Source: Ferroacidibacillus organovorans (GTDB lineage: Bacteria; Bacillota; Bacilli; Alicyclobacillales; SLC66). Taken from it: 49,097 nucleotides of DNA. Both the position numbers and the translations under genes were made by a program. Location of the stretch: positions 1 to 49,097 of the forward strand of contig NZ_LSUQ01000018.1 of assembly GCF_001642725.1 (NCBI RefSeq), in the 5' to 3' direction. Below are positions 1-10,130 of this stretch, one piece after another. How positions within the stretch are numbered: the first letter of the stretch is position 1; each line of letters opens with the position of its first letter. The notes under the pieces were generated by a model that searched no databases, was not told the origin of the DNA, and saw only the letters and a program-made list of their open reading frames with translations.

Positions 1-1218
1 AACCAGATCCGCGTAGCCGCGGTCGAGGTGCTCTAAGCCAGACACTTCCGTCTCGCCTTCTGCCGCGAGACCCGCCAAGACGAGCGCCGCCGCCGCGCGC
101 AGATCGGTCGCCTTCACCGTTGCGCCAGTCATCGGCTGCCCACCGTCGATCACCGCCGTGCGTCCCTCAATCCGCACCTCGACACCCATGCGACGAAACT
201 CAGGGACGTGCAGGAAGCGATTCTCAAAGACGGTCTCCGTCGCCAGGCTGGTTCCTGGCAGCGTGGATAGAAACGCCATCATCTGCGCCTGCAGGTCTGT
301 CGGAAAACCGGGATGCGGAAGCGTCTTTACATCGACCGCGCGAAGCGGCTCTGTCGCCACCACGCGAATGCCGTGAATATCGTCTTCCACCGTGACGCCC
401 GCCTCGCGCAGTTTCGCGCAGAGCGAACTCAAGTGATTGTAAATGGCGCCTTCGACAAACACGTCGCCGCGCGTGACCGCTGCCGCGATCATGTACGTGC
501 CCGCCTCAATCCGATCGGGAATCACCGTATGGGTCGCCGCATGCATGGACGAAACGCCCTCGACGCGAATCACGTCTGTCCCTGCGCCGCGCACCTTTGC
601 GCCCATTGCGTTCAAATAATTCGCGACATCCACCACTTCCGGCTCTTTCGCCGCGTTCTCAATGAGCGTTTGCCCCTCTGCGAGCGTCGCCGCCATCATC
701 GTGTTAATCGTCGCGCCTACACTGATCAAATCAAGATATACACGCGCACCTCGCAGTTTGCCGTGCACGTGACCTTCCACATATCCGTGTTCAATGGTAA
801 CGGTCGCACCTAACGCTTCAAATCCCTTTATATGTTGATCCACCGGCCGCTCGCCAATGTTACATCCGCCGGGAAGTGGAATGCGAAAATGGCCCATTCG
901 CGCGAGCAGCGGTCCCGCCACCCAAAACGACGCGCGCATTTTTCGGACTAACTCTTCAGGCGCTGTCGTCGTCTGCAGATTTTCTGCACTGAGACGAAGT
1001 AGCGCGTGCTGTGAAACATACTCCGCTTTGCCGCCGAGGCTGCGCGTAACCTCCGCGAGGTTGTGAATATCTGTGAGAGAAGGAACACCTTCGATGATTG
1101 ATTCTCCCTGGCTTGCGAGCAGTGACGCCGCAAGGATCGGCAACACGGCGTTTTTTGCACCGTCAACCTGGACGACACCGGTCAAACGTTGCCCGCCTCG
1201 AACTCGAATCGTTGCCAA
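1..1218 (-). CDS. murA: UDP-N-acetylglucosamine 1-carboxyvinyltransferase (3' end runs off the window)
   Basis: Not in the ORF track; translated by hand. TTG at 1218 after GGAGGTG gives [43 protein letters not shown] (catalytic Cys) and [10 protein letters not shown] at the window edge are in frame. Confidence 0.97.
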   Translation of the reverse strand, partial: MATIRVRGGQRLTGVVQVDGAKNAVLPILAASLLASQGESIIEGVPSLTDIHNLAEVTRSLGGKAEYVSQHALLRLSAENLQTTTAPEELVRKMRASFWVAGPLLARMGHFRIPLPGGCNIGERPVDQHIKGFEALGATVTIEHGYVEGHVHGKLRGARVYLDLISVGATINTMMAATLAEGQTLIENAAKEPEVVDVANYLNAMGAKVRGAGTDVIRVEGVSSMHAATHTVIPDRIEAGTYMIAAAVTRGDVFVEGAIYNHLSSLCAKLREAGVTVEDDIHGIRVVATEPLRAVDVKTLPHPGFPTDLQAQMMAFLSTLPGTSLATETVFENRFLHVPEFRRMGVEVRIEGRTAVIDGGQPMTGATVKATDLRAAAALVLAGLAAEGETEVSGLEHLDRGYADLV

Positions 1219-1273
1219 CCCGACACCTCCGTTTCCCATTGTGCAATAGACGGGTTCGTCTGTGCACGTTCGC

Positions 1274-2083
1274 TTAGTATTCTACCGTGATCATTGGGGA
1301 ACCCACAAGTATTTCCGTGCGATGTGTGAATGAATTTGCGTGCGCTGCCATCTGAACGTTCTGCATTCCTTTTCCAACGGCGAGATTCGGCAATCCGAGT
1401 GAACTTTCCCCGGACATCACAGACGTGTATGTATACGATGTCACGTGCGGTCGGTTCACGTACAAATGGTTCATCGCGGACGACAGGAGCATCATCCGAG
1501 TTGTCGCTGTAAGCTCGCGCGATACACTGCCGATCAGCGTCGCATTCACCTCTGGATGCGCCGTCACCTCACGCGCGACCTGCGCGACCCGCTGATACGA
1601 TGTGAGAAAGTTTGTCTGCTTTTCATACGGCGAAGTGATGCGAATGACTGCGACCGTTTGCACAGGCGCATTTGGATACGTGAGCGTTGCGCATAACACC
1701 GACGCGACACTGCCAGGCATGCCGGGGAGTGTTCCCGTCACCGCGACGACATCCATGTTTGGCTGTTGACGCGCGTGGACGCTCTCCTTTATGGATGACG
1801 CGTTTGTGCGTGCGCCTGGTGTATCTTGCAAGAAGTTCTTTGCAATGCTCAGCGCCTCTTGGCGAAGCGAACCCTGCGTTGCGTCGACTTGCTTTAGTGT
1901 GAGCCAGGCGTGCACCTCGAAACGATTCGGCGACGCTTTCGCATTCGCCAACGCCGCAAGGAGTGCCTCAGGCACCAGCGTGCTCGACTGCACATTCACA
2001 CGCGCTGCAATTGCCTGTCCCGCCTGATAGGTGAGCCCGCCGCTGAGTAAGAGTAAAATCGCCACTGATGCCAGTTTTCGCAT
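1274..2083 (-). CDS. ywmB: YwmB-family exported protein (TBP-like fold)
   Basis: Signal-peptide-like N-terminus; C-terminal [29 protein letters not shown]; lies between ywzB and murA as in B. subtilis. ATG 2083 preferred over 2092 on RBS spacing. Confidence 0.8.
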   Translation of the reverse strand: MRKLASVAILLLLSGGLTYQAGQAIAARVNVQSSTLVPEALLAALANAKASPNRFEVHAWLTLKQVDATQGSLRQEALSIAKNFLQDTPGARTNASSIKESVHARQQPNMDVVAVTGTLPGMPGSVASVLCATLTYPNAPVQTVAVIRITSPYEKQTNFLTSYQRVAQVAREVTAHPEVNATLIGSVSRELTATTRMMLLSSAMNHLYVNRPHVTSYTYTSVMSGESSLGLPNLAVGKGMQNVQMAAHANSFTHRTEILVGSPMITVEY

Positions 2084-2117
2084 GTTCCTCATCTCCCATA
2101 CACGAATCGTTACGATT

Positions 2118-2147
2118 CAGTATGGACGGGGGAACCATGGAATATAC
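2118..2147 (-). promoter_or_regulatory. Candidate sigma-F (forespore) promoter for ywmB-murA
   Basis: Minus strand GTATA-N15-GTCCATACTG matches the sigma-F consensus GYWTA-N15-GGnnAnAHTR with one mismatch. Confidence 0.5.
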
Positions 2148-2193
2148 GAATCTCTCATTCAACTTCTACATTTTCAAAGACCAAGGACGGGCT

Positions 2194-2427
2194 TCATCCG
2201 CGCAGTGCGTTTGTTGCACTGATGTACTGTGCGACAAAACCGGAAAGCGCCGATCCGAGAATCATTGCAAGGACAATGCGCAGCATCCGCGCCGAGCGCG
2301 CGCCCCGATCCTTTACGAAGATCTCCCAGCGCAATGCGCCGAGCGCCCCCCACGCAATAAGCGTACCCATGAGGAGCATAAAGAGGGTCAGTGCGCCTTG
2401 TAGTACATGGGAAGACGTTCCTACCAT
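2194..2427 (-). CDS. ywzB: DUF1146 family small membrane protein
   Basis: 77 aa, two hydrophobic segments, WGALGALRWEIFVK...ARMLRIVLAMILGSALSGF pattern; synteny upstream of ywmB-murA. Confidence 0.85.
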   Translation of the reverse strand: MVGTSSHVLQGALTLFMLLMGTLIAWGALGALRWEIFVKDRGARSARMLRIVLAMILGSALSGFVAQYISATNALRG

Positions 2428-2497
2428 TCCACACTCACCCTCATCGCGTTCTTAAACAGGATACGGAGATTACCATGTTTTTCTGTCCGTTTGCCCA

Positions 2498-3664
2498 TCA
2501 GGGATGTTCCAGCGCAATCCCCGCCAGCATGGACAGTGTCGAGTCATCCATTGGCGGGTTGTGAAGTCCCGCTCGCACATCGCGGTAATAGCGCTCAAGC
2601 GGCGTGCTGTGAAGGATGCTGTTGCCGCCAACGATCCGCATGGAGAGATCCACCATGCGGATCGCCGCGTGCGTCGCGACATACTTCGCCGCGCCTAAAT
2701 CACCACGCATGGAGAGCCGCGCCGCGGGTTCGGCCTGATCGTAACGCTCTGCCACCTGATACAAAAACGTTCGCGCGCTCATTCGCGCAATCTCGATCTG
2801 ACCGAGTTTCTCGCGAACATGCGGCAATTGACCGATCGGATGGGACAAGCTGTTCGGCTGATACGTGCGCGCAAACTCAAGCGCGTAGGCGCGCGCCGCG
2901 TTGCCGACACCGAGGTACGTCGCCGGAATGTGCAGCAGCCAGCCGCTGCCGTCTGCGCTGCGTCTCATCTTTTTGCCCGGCTCCGCCTCGTCCGTCAGGT
3001 CCTCATCTGCCACAAACACGTCCGTCAAGCGCAGCGTGTGACTGCCCGTCCCCGCCATGCTCATGCTGTCCCACGTCTCTTCGATCGCGAGTCCTGGGCT
3101 GCCCTTGCGCACCAAAAACTCCCCGACGCGCGCGCGGTCTGGCATATACGCACTCACAAGGATGTGCGTGAGAACGGGACTGCCTGTCGCCCACGTCTTT
3201 CTCCCAGTGATTTTATAGCCGCCGGACACTTTGACAGCGGTCGTCGTCGGTCGTCCCCCGCGACTCGGGCTGCCCGTCTCCGGCTCCGTGCCACAGGCGT
3301 TAATCATCGCGCGCGCGTGGATCGCATCCTCCGCAAACTGGGCATAGCGCAGAGGCGCCCACGCGTTTGCCAGGCGCAAGCCAAGCGCAATTCCGACGTG
3401 CCAACCCATGACGAGCGCGGCTGACGCGTGCGCCTCTGCGAGCCGCTCCTGACACAGCAGCATCTGATATAGATTTGCACCGCGCCCGCCGAGCTCCTTT
3501 GGGATCGTCAGCAGGTTGTACGATGCGTCAAGCAGGAGTCCGACGGCCTCTGCCGCAAAGTGGTGTTCATCCGCCTCGTCACACGCGCGAATCTTTGCCG
3601 CGAGCCCTTCTGCATAGGAGACGAAAGAGTCGTCCTCTTGGTTTCTTATCATCGGATCACGCAC
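2498..3664 (-). CDS. Acyl-CoA dehydrogenase-fold flavoprotein (YdbM-like)
   Basis: Motifs TEPETGSPSRGG, GRKTWATGSP, WDSMSMAGTGSH, ERYYRDVRAGLHNPPMDD; GTG start after GGAGGGG. Confidence 0.88.
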   Translation of the reverse strand: MRDPMIRNQEDDSFVSYAEGLAAKIRACDEADEHHFAAEAVGLLLDASYNLLTIPKELGGRGANLYQMLLCQERLAEAHASAALVMGWHVGIALGLRLANAWAPLRYAQFAEDAIHARAMINACGTEPETGSPSRGGRPTTTAVKVSGGYKITGRKTWATGSPVLTHILVSAYMPDRARVGEFLVRKGSPGLAIEETWDSMSMAGTGSHTLRLTDVFVADEDLTDEAEPGKKMRRSADGSGWLLHIPATYLGVGNAARAYALEFARTYQPNSLSHPIGQLPHVREKLGQIEIARMSARTFLYQVAERYDQAEPAARLSMRGDLGAAKYVATHAAIRMVDLSMRIVGGNSILHSTPLERYYRDVRAGLHNPPMDDSTLSMLAGIALEHP

Positions 3665-3697
3665 TGCGACCCCTCCCTTCTCGTGAGTGTGAGCGAC

Positions 3698-5164
3698 TCA
3701 GCCGAACCAGTGCAAATTCGAGAGCAAGTCCGTGACAGGCCCTGGGAAGATTCCGAGCCAAAGCGTCCCGATGGCGCAGAGCGCGACGACGACGTGTTGC
3801 ATCGGCGAACTGCGCACAGGGGGCGTGTCACCCTCCTGAGTGCGCCCGTACATCGCGCGGATGATGCCAAAATAGTAGTAGAACGCGATCGCGCTTGTCG
3901 CAAACAACACGACGCCAAGCCAGATCTGCCCCGCGCCGAGCGCCCCGAGGAAGATGGAAAACTTCCCGAAGAATCCAGCCGTCAACGGCAGTCCTGAGAG
4001 CGAGAGCAAAAACAGGGTCATCATCCCCGCGAGCCACGGCGAGCGCTTTGACAGTCCCGTAAACGCGTGGACGTCTTCTGAGCCACTCGCGTCGGCGACA
4101 ACGCTGAACACGGCGAATGCGCCGATCGTCATGAAAGAGTACGCGAACAGGTAGAAGACGGTGCTCGAAAGATTCTGCCACATCACAGATGCGAGCGTCG
4201 AGGAACTAAGCGATGAGAACGGAATGAGCAGGTAGCCCGCCTGTCCGATGCTCGAATAGGCCAGCAAACGCTTGATGTTTCGCTGAGAGAGCGCGCCGAG
4301 GTTGCCGATGACCATTGTGATGATGGCGATCCAGCCGACGAGACCGAACCACTCGCCAAGTTTTGCGCCAAAGAGCCAGACGATCACGCGGAACAAGAAG
4401 CCGAGCACCGCGCCTTTTGAGACGACGGCGAGATAGGCGGTGATCGGCGTTGGCGCGCCCTCGTAGACGTCCGCCGTCCAGAGGTGAAACGGCGCGGCCG
4501 AAATTTTGACGAAGATGCCGACGAGAATCAGCGCGATGGACAGATACACGAGACCCGGTTCGCTGCCGTACCCACCCTGCAGCGCCGTCGCGATCCGACT
4601 GAGCCCGGTCGAACCCGCGACTCCGTAGAGAAATGAGAGCCCGTAGAGAATGATCGCCGAGGCGATCGAGCCGATGATCAAATATTTGAGACCGGCCTCC
4701 GAGGATTTCACGTTCTTGCGGTGCAGCGCGACAAGCACGTAGGTTGTGATGGAGAGCAACTCGAGTCCTACGTAGAGTGTGACAAGATCAAGCGCGCTGC
4801 AGATGACCATTGCGCCGACCGTCGCAAAAAGCACGAGGTACGCGTACTCAAACGCGAGTTTCAGGCGCGCTTGGGAGGCGATGGCAAAGAGCAGGACGAG
4901 CAGCACCGAGACGAGGATGAAGAGCGAAAAGATGGTGCCAAAATCGTCGACGGCGATGACGGCGATCGAGTAGGTCGCAAGCGGTGCGTGCAGTTTGCTC
5001 CAGGCGAGCGGGATCGCTGTGAGCACGGAGAGCACAGCAATCCACGGCGTCGCCTGTTTTGCTCTCCCTGTCACCATAAACTCATAGACCATGGCGACAA
5101 AGCCGCCGATGGCGAGCACGATTTCTGGACCCAATGCATTCCAAACTTGAGTAAAGGTTAGCAT
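3698..5164 (-). CDS. nuoN: NADH-quinone oxidoreductase subunit N
   Basis: EAGLKYLIIG, KISAAPFHLWTADVYEGAPTP, NIKRLLAYSSIGQAGY, SGLPLTAGFFGK; start set to ATG 5164 after GGAGG. Confidence 0.95.
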   Translation of the reverse strand: MLTFTQVWNALGPEIVLAIGGFVAMVYEFMVTGRAKQATPWIAVLSVLTAIPLAWSKLHAPLATYSIAVIAVDDFGTIFSLFILVSVLLVLLFAIASQARLKLAFEYAYLVLFATVGAMVICSALDLVTLYVGLELLSITTYVLVALHRKNVKSSEAGLKYLIIGSIASAIILYGLSFLYGVAGSTGLSRIATALQGGYGSEPGLVYLSIALILVGIFVKISAAPFHLWTADVYEGAPTPITAYLAVVSKGAVLGFLFRVIVWLFGAKLGEWFGLVGWIAIITMVIGNLGALSQRNIKRLLAYSSIGQAGYLLIPFSSLSSSTLASVMWQNLSSTVFYLFAYSFMTIGAFAVFSVVADASGSEDVHAFTGLSKRSPWLAGMMTLFLLSLSGLPLTAGFFGKFSIFLGALGAGQIWLGVVLFATSAIAFYYYFGIIRAMYGRTQEGDTPPVRSSPMQHVVVALCAIGTLWLGIFPGPVTDLLSNLHWFG

Positions 5165-5171
5165 CCCTGAT

Positions 5172-6731
5172 TCAACCTCCGATCCTTCCCGCGAGCGCCT
5201 GCACGGTCGGGTGCACGACGACGCCGAGGATGTTTGGAAAGACCCCGATTGCGATGACAAACGCCACGAGGACGAGCAGGGGTATCGCTTCTGTCACGCT
5301 CGCATCGCGAGCGATGCCTTGCCCTTCTTGCGCTGCTCCTTGCGCAGGGCCAAAGGTGGTTCGCTGCATCGCAAAGAGCAGATAGAGCGCCGCGAGAATC
5401 ATGCCGAGTGTCCCAAGGGTTGAAACCACGGGAAATCTCTCGAAGCTGCTGATAAACAGCGTGATCTCGCTGATGAACCCGGAGAGTCCGGGAAGGCCAA
5501 CGGTGCCAAGCGCCGCGACGAGCAGGACGCCCGAGAGAACGGGCAGGGACTTTGAGAGCCCGCCCAGTTTGCCAATCTCATAGGTTCCGGTGCGCTCCGC
5601 CTGTGCGCCAACGGTGTAAAAGAGCAGCGCCGTGAGGAGGCCGGAGGAGACGAGCATGAAGACGGCGCCCTGCAGTCCTAGCGCGTGCATGGAGCCGATC
5701 GCAAGGAGCACCAACCCCATGTGGCTGATCCCGGAGAAGGCGATCAGACGACGCCAGTCGCGCGCGGCGATCGCTGCAAATGCGCCGTACAGGATGCTGA
5801 TGACGCCAAGAATGGCGAGCCACTCGCTGTACGCTGCGAGCGCCAACGGAAGTATCGACACGACAAAGCGCAGCATGATGTAGAGTCCCACCTTCATCAG
5901 CACGCCGCCAATCAGCATGTTGGTGCTCGTATCGCTCTGTTCATGCGTGTCGATGAGCCAGGTGTGAAAGGGCACGAACGCTTCTTCGATCAGGACAGCA
6001 AACAAGAAGACAAAAAACAGCCATGTCTGCGCTCCGAGCGCGAGCGGCGCTTTGACGGACTCGTCGAGCAGTTGAAGAAGATTGAGCGACATGAAATTCG
6101 GCCCGTACGCCATGTATTGCGACGCGCTGACGGTGGTCGCCGAGTTGGCGAGCGCGTACGCGAGTCCCACGAATCCGAGCAGCAAGAAAACGCTCGCGAT
6201 GCCGCGATAGATCAGAAACTTAAAGGCGGCGTACTCGCGACGCTCTTGTCCAAAGATCAAGATCAAGAAGAAGGACGCGACGAGCGTCACTTCAAGGAAG
6301 AAGAAAAACGTAAAGAGGTCGGCGGCGGCAAACACGCCGTAGAGTCCACTGACAAGCAGCATCTGCCACACGTAGTGCGCCTTGACGCGCTCTGTGACGC
6401 GAAAGCTGCGCAGCGCCGCCATAACGCTCACGATTCCGGTCAACATGACGAGCGGAAGTGAGATGCCGTCGACGGCGAAGGCAAACGTGATGGTGAGCGG
6501 TGTCCCCGCAAACGCGTTGTTGATCGTGGCCCACGGGACGGACAGCACAAACTGATAGGCGGCGTCACTCCGCTGAAACGCGATGTACGCGGCGAGTGCG
6601 AACAGGGCTGAGAGAAGCGACCCAAGCATTCCGATGCTGCGGGTGATGGCGTGCGCGCGCGCCTTGAGTGGAAGGATGAGAAGCGCCGCAATGACGGGAA
6701 TGAGCACGATCATCAAGAGTACGTTTTGCAT
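5172..6731 (-). CDS. nuoM: NADH-quinone oxidoreductase subunit M
   Basis: VDGISLPL, DLFTFFFFLEVTL, PFHTWL, LIAFSGISHMG, GLPGLSGFISE; operon position. Confidence 0.95.
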   Translation of the reverse strand: MQNVLLMIVLIPVIAALLILPLKARAHAITRSIGMLGSLLSALFALAAYIAFQRSDAAYQFVLSVPWATINNAFAGTPLTITFAFAVDGISLPLVMLTGIVSVMAALRSFRVTERVKAHYVWQMLLVSGLYGVFAAADLFTFFFFLEVTLVASFFLILIFGQERREYAAFKFLIYRGIASVFLLLGFVGLAYALANSATTVSASQYMAYGPNFMSLNLLQLLDESVKAPLALGAQTWLFFVFLFAVLIEEAFVPFHTWLIDTHEQSDTSTNMLIGGVLMKVGLYIMLRFVVSILPLALAAYSEWLAILGVISILYGAFAAIAARDWRRLIAFSGISHMGLVLLAIGSMHALGLQGAVFMLVSSGLLTALLFYTVGAQAERTGTYEIGKLGGLSKSLPVLSGVLLVAALGTVGLPGLSGFISEITLFISSFERFPVVSTLGTLGMILAALYLLFAMQRTTFGPAQGAAQEGQGIARDASVTEAIPLLVLVAFVIAIGVFPNILGVVVHPTVQALAGRIGG

Positions 6732-8644
6732 CAGAGAACACCCCCAATCCCGAGCGCGATGGCGACCAGCGCGACGAGCCCGAACAAGGTCAGGACGCCG
6801 TAGGTCTGGACTTGACCGGTGTTCGCGTACTTGAGGGTAACGCCTCCGGTGTATCCAAGCTCTCCGAGCATGCGCACGATCCCGTCGATGATGAAACGGT
6901 CGATGAAGGCGATCGCTCGCGCGATGGTAAAGATCGGCGTGACGATCAGGTAGTGATAGATCTCATCGATGTAGAATTTGTTGTAGCTCAAGGTGTAAAG
7001 GACACCCATGCGCTTCGCGAGCTCCGCTCCCCGATTGGCGCGCCCGTACACGCTGTACGCGAGCCAGATGCCGAGCAGCGCGATGATGACTGAAACGAGG
7101 ATGAGCGGAAGGCTTGCTGGCGGATCGATACCGATGCCTAAAGGGTGTCCGTACGTAAGAAAGCGGGTGACGAACGGGTCAAACGGTGTATTCAGGAAAC
7201 CGCTGAGCGTTGCGAGCGCGCCGAGCACGAGCAGTGGGATCACCATCGCGCTGCCACCTTCGTGCGCGTGTTTTTCTCCCTTGGCTTCCCCCCAGAAGAC
7301 GAGGAAGTATACGCGAAAGATGTAGAACGCGGTAAAGAATGCGGCGAGCAGTCCCATCGCGTACAGCACATAGTGTCCCGACTGAAACGCGGCGGAGAGG
7401 ATCTCATCCTTTGACCAGAATCCGGCAAACGGTGGAACGCCTGCCAGCGCCAACGCGCCTGCCAGGAAGGCGATGTGCGTGATCGGCATTTTTTTGCGCA
7501 ACCCGCCCATGGAAAACAGATCCTGCGTGTCGAGCGCGTGGATCACGCTGCCTGCGGTGAGAAAGAGGAGCGCTTTGAAGAAGGCGTGCGTCATTAAATG
7601 AAAGATTCCGGCGGTGTACGCACCAACGCCGAGCGCCATCATCATGTACCCGAGTTGCGAAACGGTTGAATAGGCGATCACGCGCTTGATGTCGCGCTGG
7701 GTGAGTCCGATCGATGCGGCGAGCAGCGCGGTGATGCCACCGATCACAGCGACCGTCTCGCTGGCGACCGGGGACGCGGCGAAAAGCGGCTGCATCCGGG
7801 CGACCAGGTAGACGCCAGCCGCCACCATGGTCGCGGCGTGAATGAGCGCGGAGACAGGTGTCGGGCCTTCCATGGCGTCAGGTAGCCAGACGTGCAGCGG
7901 AAATTGCGCGGACTTGCCGACGGCGCCGATAAACACGAGCAGCGCGGTGAGTGTGATGAATCCACTGCTGCTCATGCCAAACGGCACAGATGCGCCGTGA
8001 TAGGCGAGCGTTGCGACTTGCGAGAACGCAGCGCCGCCCGCAGTATAAAGGCCGTTAAAGTCGAAGGTGCCTGTCGCGATGTACAGCAGGATGATCCCGA
8101 TAAAGAGCCCGACATCGCCGATGCGCGTCACGATAAACGCTTTTTTGGCAGCGGCGGCCGCTTCCGGTTTGTAGTACCAAAACCCTACCAGCAGATAGGA
8201 ACAGACGCCAACCAGCTCCCAAAAGATATAGAACTGAAGCAGGTTCGGCGAGATGACGAGTCCGAGCATGGAGAAGACGAACAAGTTCAGGTATTGATAG
8301 AATCTGGAGAATCGCTCGTCGCCCTTCATGTAACTGCGGGAGAAGAGGAGGACGAGCGCGCTGACCAGTGTGACGACGACGAGCATCAATGCGTTAAGCA
8401 TCGTCACTTCGTAGCCGACGGTGAGGCTATGCGCCCCAAAGTCGAGCCAGGCGTACGTCGTGGGCGCCGTCGGCCCATTCACTGCCACGTCCGCAAGCAC
8501 GGCGATTGCCAAGAGAAACGCGAGAAGAACGGCGGACACGGAGATGCCCGCAACCACAGGTTCAGAGATGCGCCGTCCCGCGACGAGAAGAATCACGTAG
8601 ACGAGCAGCGGTATGGCTGGGATCAGCCAAGCTTCATTTGCCAT
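6731..8644 (-). CDS. nuoL: NADH-quinone oxidoreductase subunit L
   Basis: FWELVGVCSYLLVGFW, GKSAQFPLHVWLPDAMEGPTPVSALIHAATMV, DIKRVIAYSTVSQLGYM. Confidence 0.97.
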   Translation of the reverse strand: MANEAWLIPAIPLLVYVILLVAGRRISEPVVAGISVSAVLLAFLLAIAVLADVAVNGPTAPTTYAWLDFGAHSLTVGYEVTMLNALMLVVVTLVSALVLLFSRSYMKGDERFSRFYQYLNLFVFSMLGLVISPNLLQFYIFWELVGVCSYLLVGFWYYKPEAAAAAKKAFIVTRIGDVGLFIGIILLYIATGTFDFNGLYTAGGAAFSQVATLAYHGASVPFGMSSSGFITLTALLVFIGAVGKSAQFPLHVWLPDAMEGPTPVSALIHAATMVAAGVYLVARMQPLFAASPVASETVAVIGGITALLAASIGLTQRDIKRVIAYSTVSQLGYMMMALGVGAYTAGIFHLMTHAFFKALLFLTAGSVIHALDTQDLFSMGGLRKKMPITHIAFLAGALALAGVPPFAGFWSKDEILSAAFQSGHYVLYAMGLLAAFFTAFYIFRVYFLVFWGEAKGEKHAHEGGSAMVIPLLVLGALATLSGFLNTPFDPFVTRFLTYGHPLGIGIDPPASLPLILVSVIIALLGIWLAYSVYGRANRGAELAKRMGVLYTLSYNKFYIDEIYHYLIVTPIFTIARAIAFIDRFIIDGIVRMLGELGYTGGVTLKYANTGQVQTYGVLTLFGLVALVAIALGIGGVL

Positions 8645-8683
8645 CGAATCACCTTCTGTCTAGGCTATTTCCACACGGTTCGA

Positions 8684-8989
8684 CTACCACTTCATGGTGT
8701 TGACGTCGCGCACGTCTGCACTGTTTCGCAAGCGGAAAAACGCGAGCAAAATGGCGAGTCCGACGGCAACTTCTGCCGCTGCAATCGCGATATTGAAAAG
8801 GGCGAACACTTGCCCATTGGCATTTGGCGTCACGGCAAAGTGGGAAAACGCGATCAGGTTGATGTTCGAAGCGTTCAGCATCATCTCGATCGAGATCAGC
8901 ACGATGATCAGGTTGCGCTTGGTCAGCGCGCCGTAGAGACCAATGCCAAAGAGGATCACGCCGAGCGCCAAAAAGGGTTGCAATGCCAC
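8684..8989 (-). CDS. nuoK: NADH-quinone oxidoreductase subunit K
   Basis: [34 protein letters not shown]. Confidence 0.96.
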   Translation of the reverse strand: MALQPFLALGVILFGIGLYGALTKRNLIIVLISIEMMLNASNINLIAFSHFAVTPNANGQVFALFNIAIAAAEVAVGLAILLAFFRLRNSADVRDVNTMKW

Positions 8990-8992
8990 GAT

Positions 8993-9514
8993 CTATTCCT
9001 CCTTCCGCGCGATGACCACAGCGCCGACGAGCGCGGCGGTGAGGATCAAGGTCACCAGTTCAAAGGGAACGGTGTAGGTGTGAAAGAGCGACTGGGCGAT
9101 CATGACAATCGAAGGCTGTGGAAATGGATCAACCTTCGTTGTGGCGACAGGCCATGACGTTCCCCTAATCACAAAGAGCAAGAGCGCGCAGAACGCGGCT
9201 ACGCCGAGCAGCGTGAAGAAGCTGCGTTTGCCAGGCCCCGGATAGCCGGTGTCGTCCCCTTTTTGCGTGAGCATCAGCGCAAACACCATGAGAATCGTGA
9301 TGGCCCCAGCGTAGATGAGAATCTGCACGACGCCGACGAAGTCGGCGCCAAGCAGGATGAAGATCCCTGCGACGCCAAGGAATACCCCGCCGAGCGCGAG
9401 CGCAGTGTGCATCACTTTTGTCAGGGACATAACCATGACACCGGACGAAATGATCAAGAGGGAGAGCAGAAAGAAGGCGACCGTCTCACCCGTGATCGGG
9501 ATGCCGAGGATCAT
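8993..9514 (-). CDS. nuoJ: NADH-quinone oxidoreductase subunit J
   Basis: LGADFVGVVQILIYAGAITIL, PFELVTLILTAALVGAVVIA. Confidence 0.95.
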   Translation of the reverse strand: MILGIPITGETVAFFLLSLLIISSGVMVMSLTKVMHTALALGGVFLGVAGIFILLGADFVGVVQILIYAGAITILMVFALMLTQKGDDTGYPGPGKRSFFTLLGVAAFCALLLFVIRGTSWPVATTKVDPFPQPSIVMIAQSLFHTYTVPFELVTLILTAALVGAVVIARKEE

Positions 9515-10089
9515 TCAGGTTGTCCCCCTTTACCTGAAGACGACACAGTTTCATCGGCTGGCATACGCGCCGCGTTCGCCTCTTCTGGTGACGCTTTCTG
9601 CCCTGCACCACTCGCCGCCTCTGCGTTGGCGGCTTGCGCCTCGCGTGCCGCGTTTGCCTCTTCTTCTGTCTTGGCAGCTTGGAGCGCCTGATAGCTGCCG
9701 TGCTCAATATGGTTTTGATAAAGCCACTTCATGTCCTTATAAAGAGAATCGCGTGTATACGATGCCAACTCAAACTGGTCTGTCATGCGGATCGACTCGG
9801 TCGGGCACACCTCTGTGCAGAGATCGCACAGAATGCAGATCTCAAAATTGATATCATACGTATCGATTCGCAGTTTCTTATTCTCATCACGCGTCCCAGA
9901 CAGCGAGATGCAGTCGGTGGGACAGATGCGGGCACATTGGTTGCACACGATGCACAGTTCGGGAATGAATTCGTGGATCCCGCGATACCGTTCGGGCCAA
10001 ACCGGTTTTACCTCAGGGTACATGAGTGTGACTTTTTTCTTTGGCAATTGTCGGATCGTGACGCCGAGCCCTTTGAATACACCGAACAT
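9511..10089 (-). CDS. nuoI: NADH-quinone oxidoreductase subunit I (2x[4Fe-4S])
   Basis: Two CxxCxxCxxxCP motifs (CIVCNQCARICP, CILCDLCTEVCP); VTLMYPE...RYRG; Ala-rich C-terminal tail. Confidence 0.96.
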   Translation of the reverse strand: MFGVFKGLGVTIRQLPKKKVTLMYPEVKPVWPERYRGIHEFIPELCIVCNQCARICPTDCISLSGTRDENKKLRIDTYDINFEICILCDLCTEVCPTESIRMTDQFELASYTRDSLYKDMKWLYQNHIEHGSYQALQAAKTEEEANAAREAQAANAEAASGAGQKASPEEANAARMPADETVSSSGKGGQPE

Positions 10090-10130
10090 GATTCCACCTC
10101 CAGTTGCCTTGATTCATGATTTACCGCGCA

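Noticed and set aside
850..880. Fosfomycin-resistant MurA variant
   Set aside because: The catalytic Cys is retained (LPGGCNIG), with no Cys-to-Asp change.
7892..9157. 421-aa plus-strand ORF and many other long antisense ORFs (e.g. 5685..6461, 2407..3171)
   Set aside because: They lie opposite well-conserved genes, have no recognisable motifs or RBS, and are expected shadows in GC-rich coding DNA.
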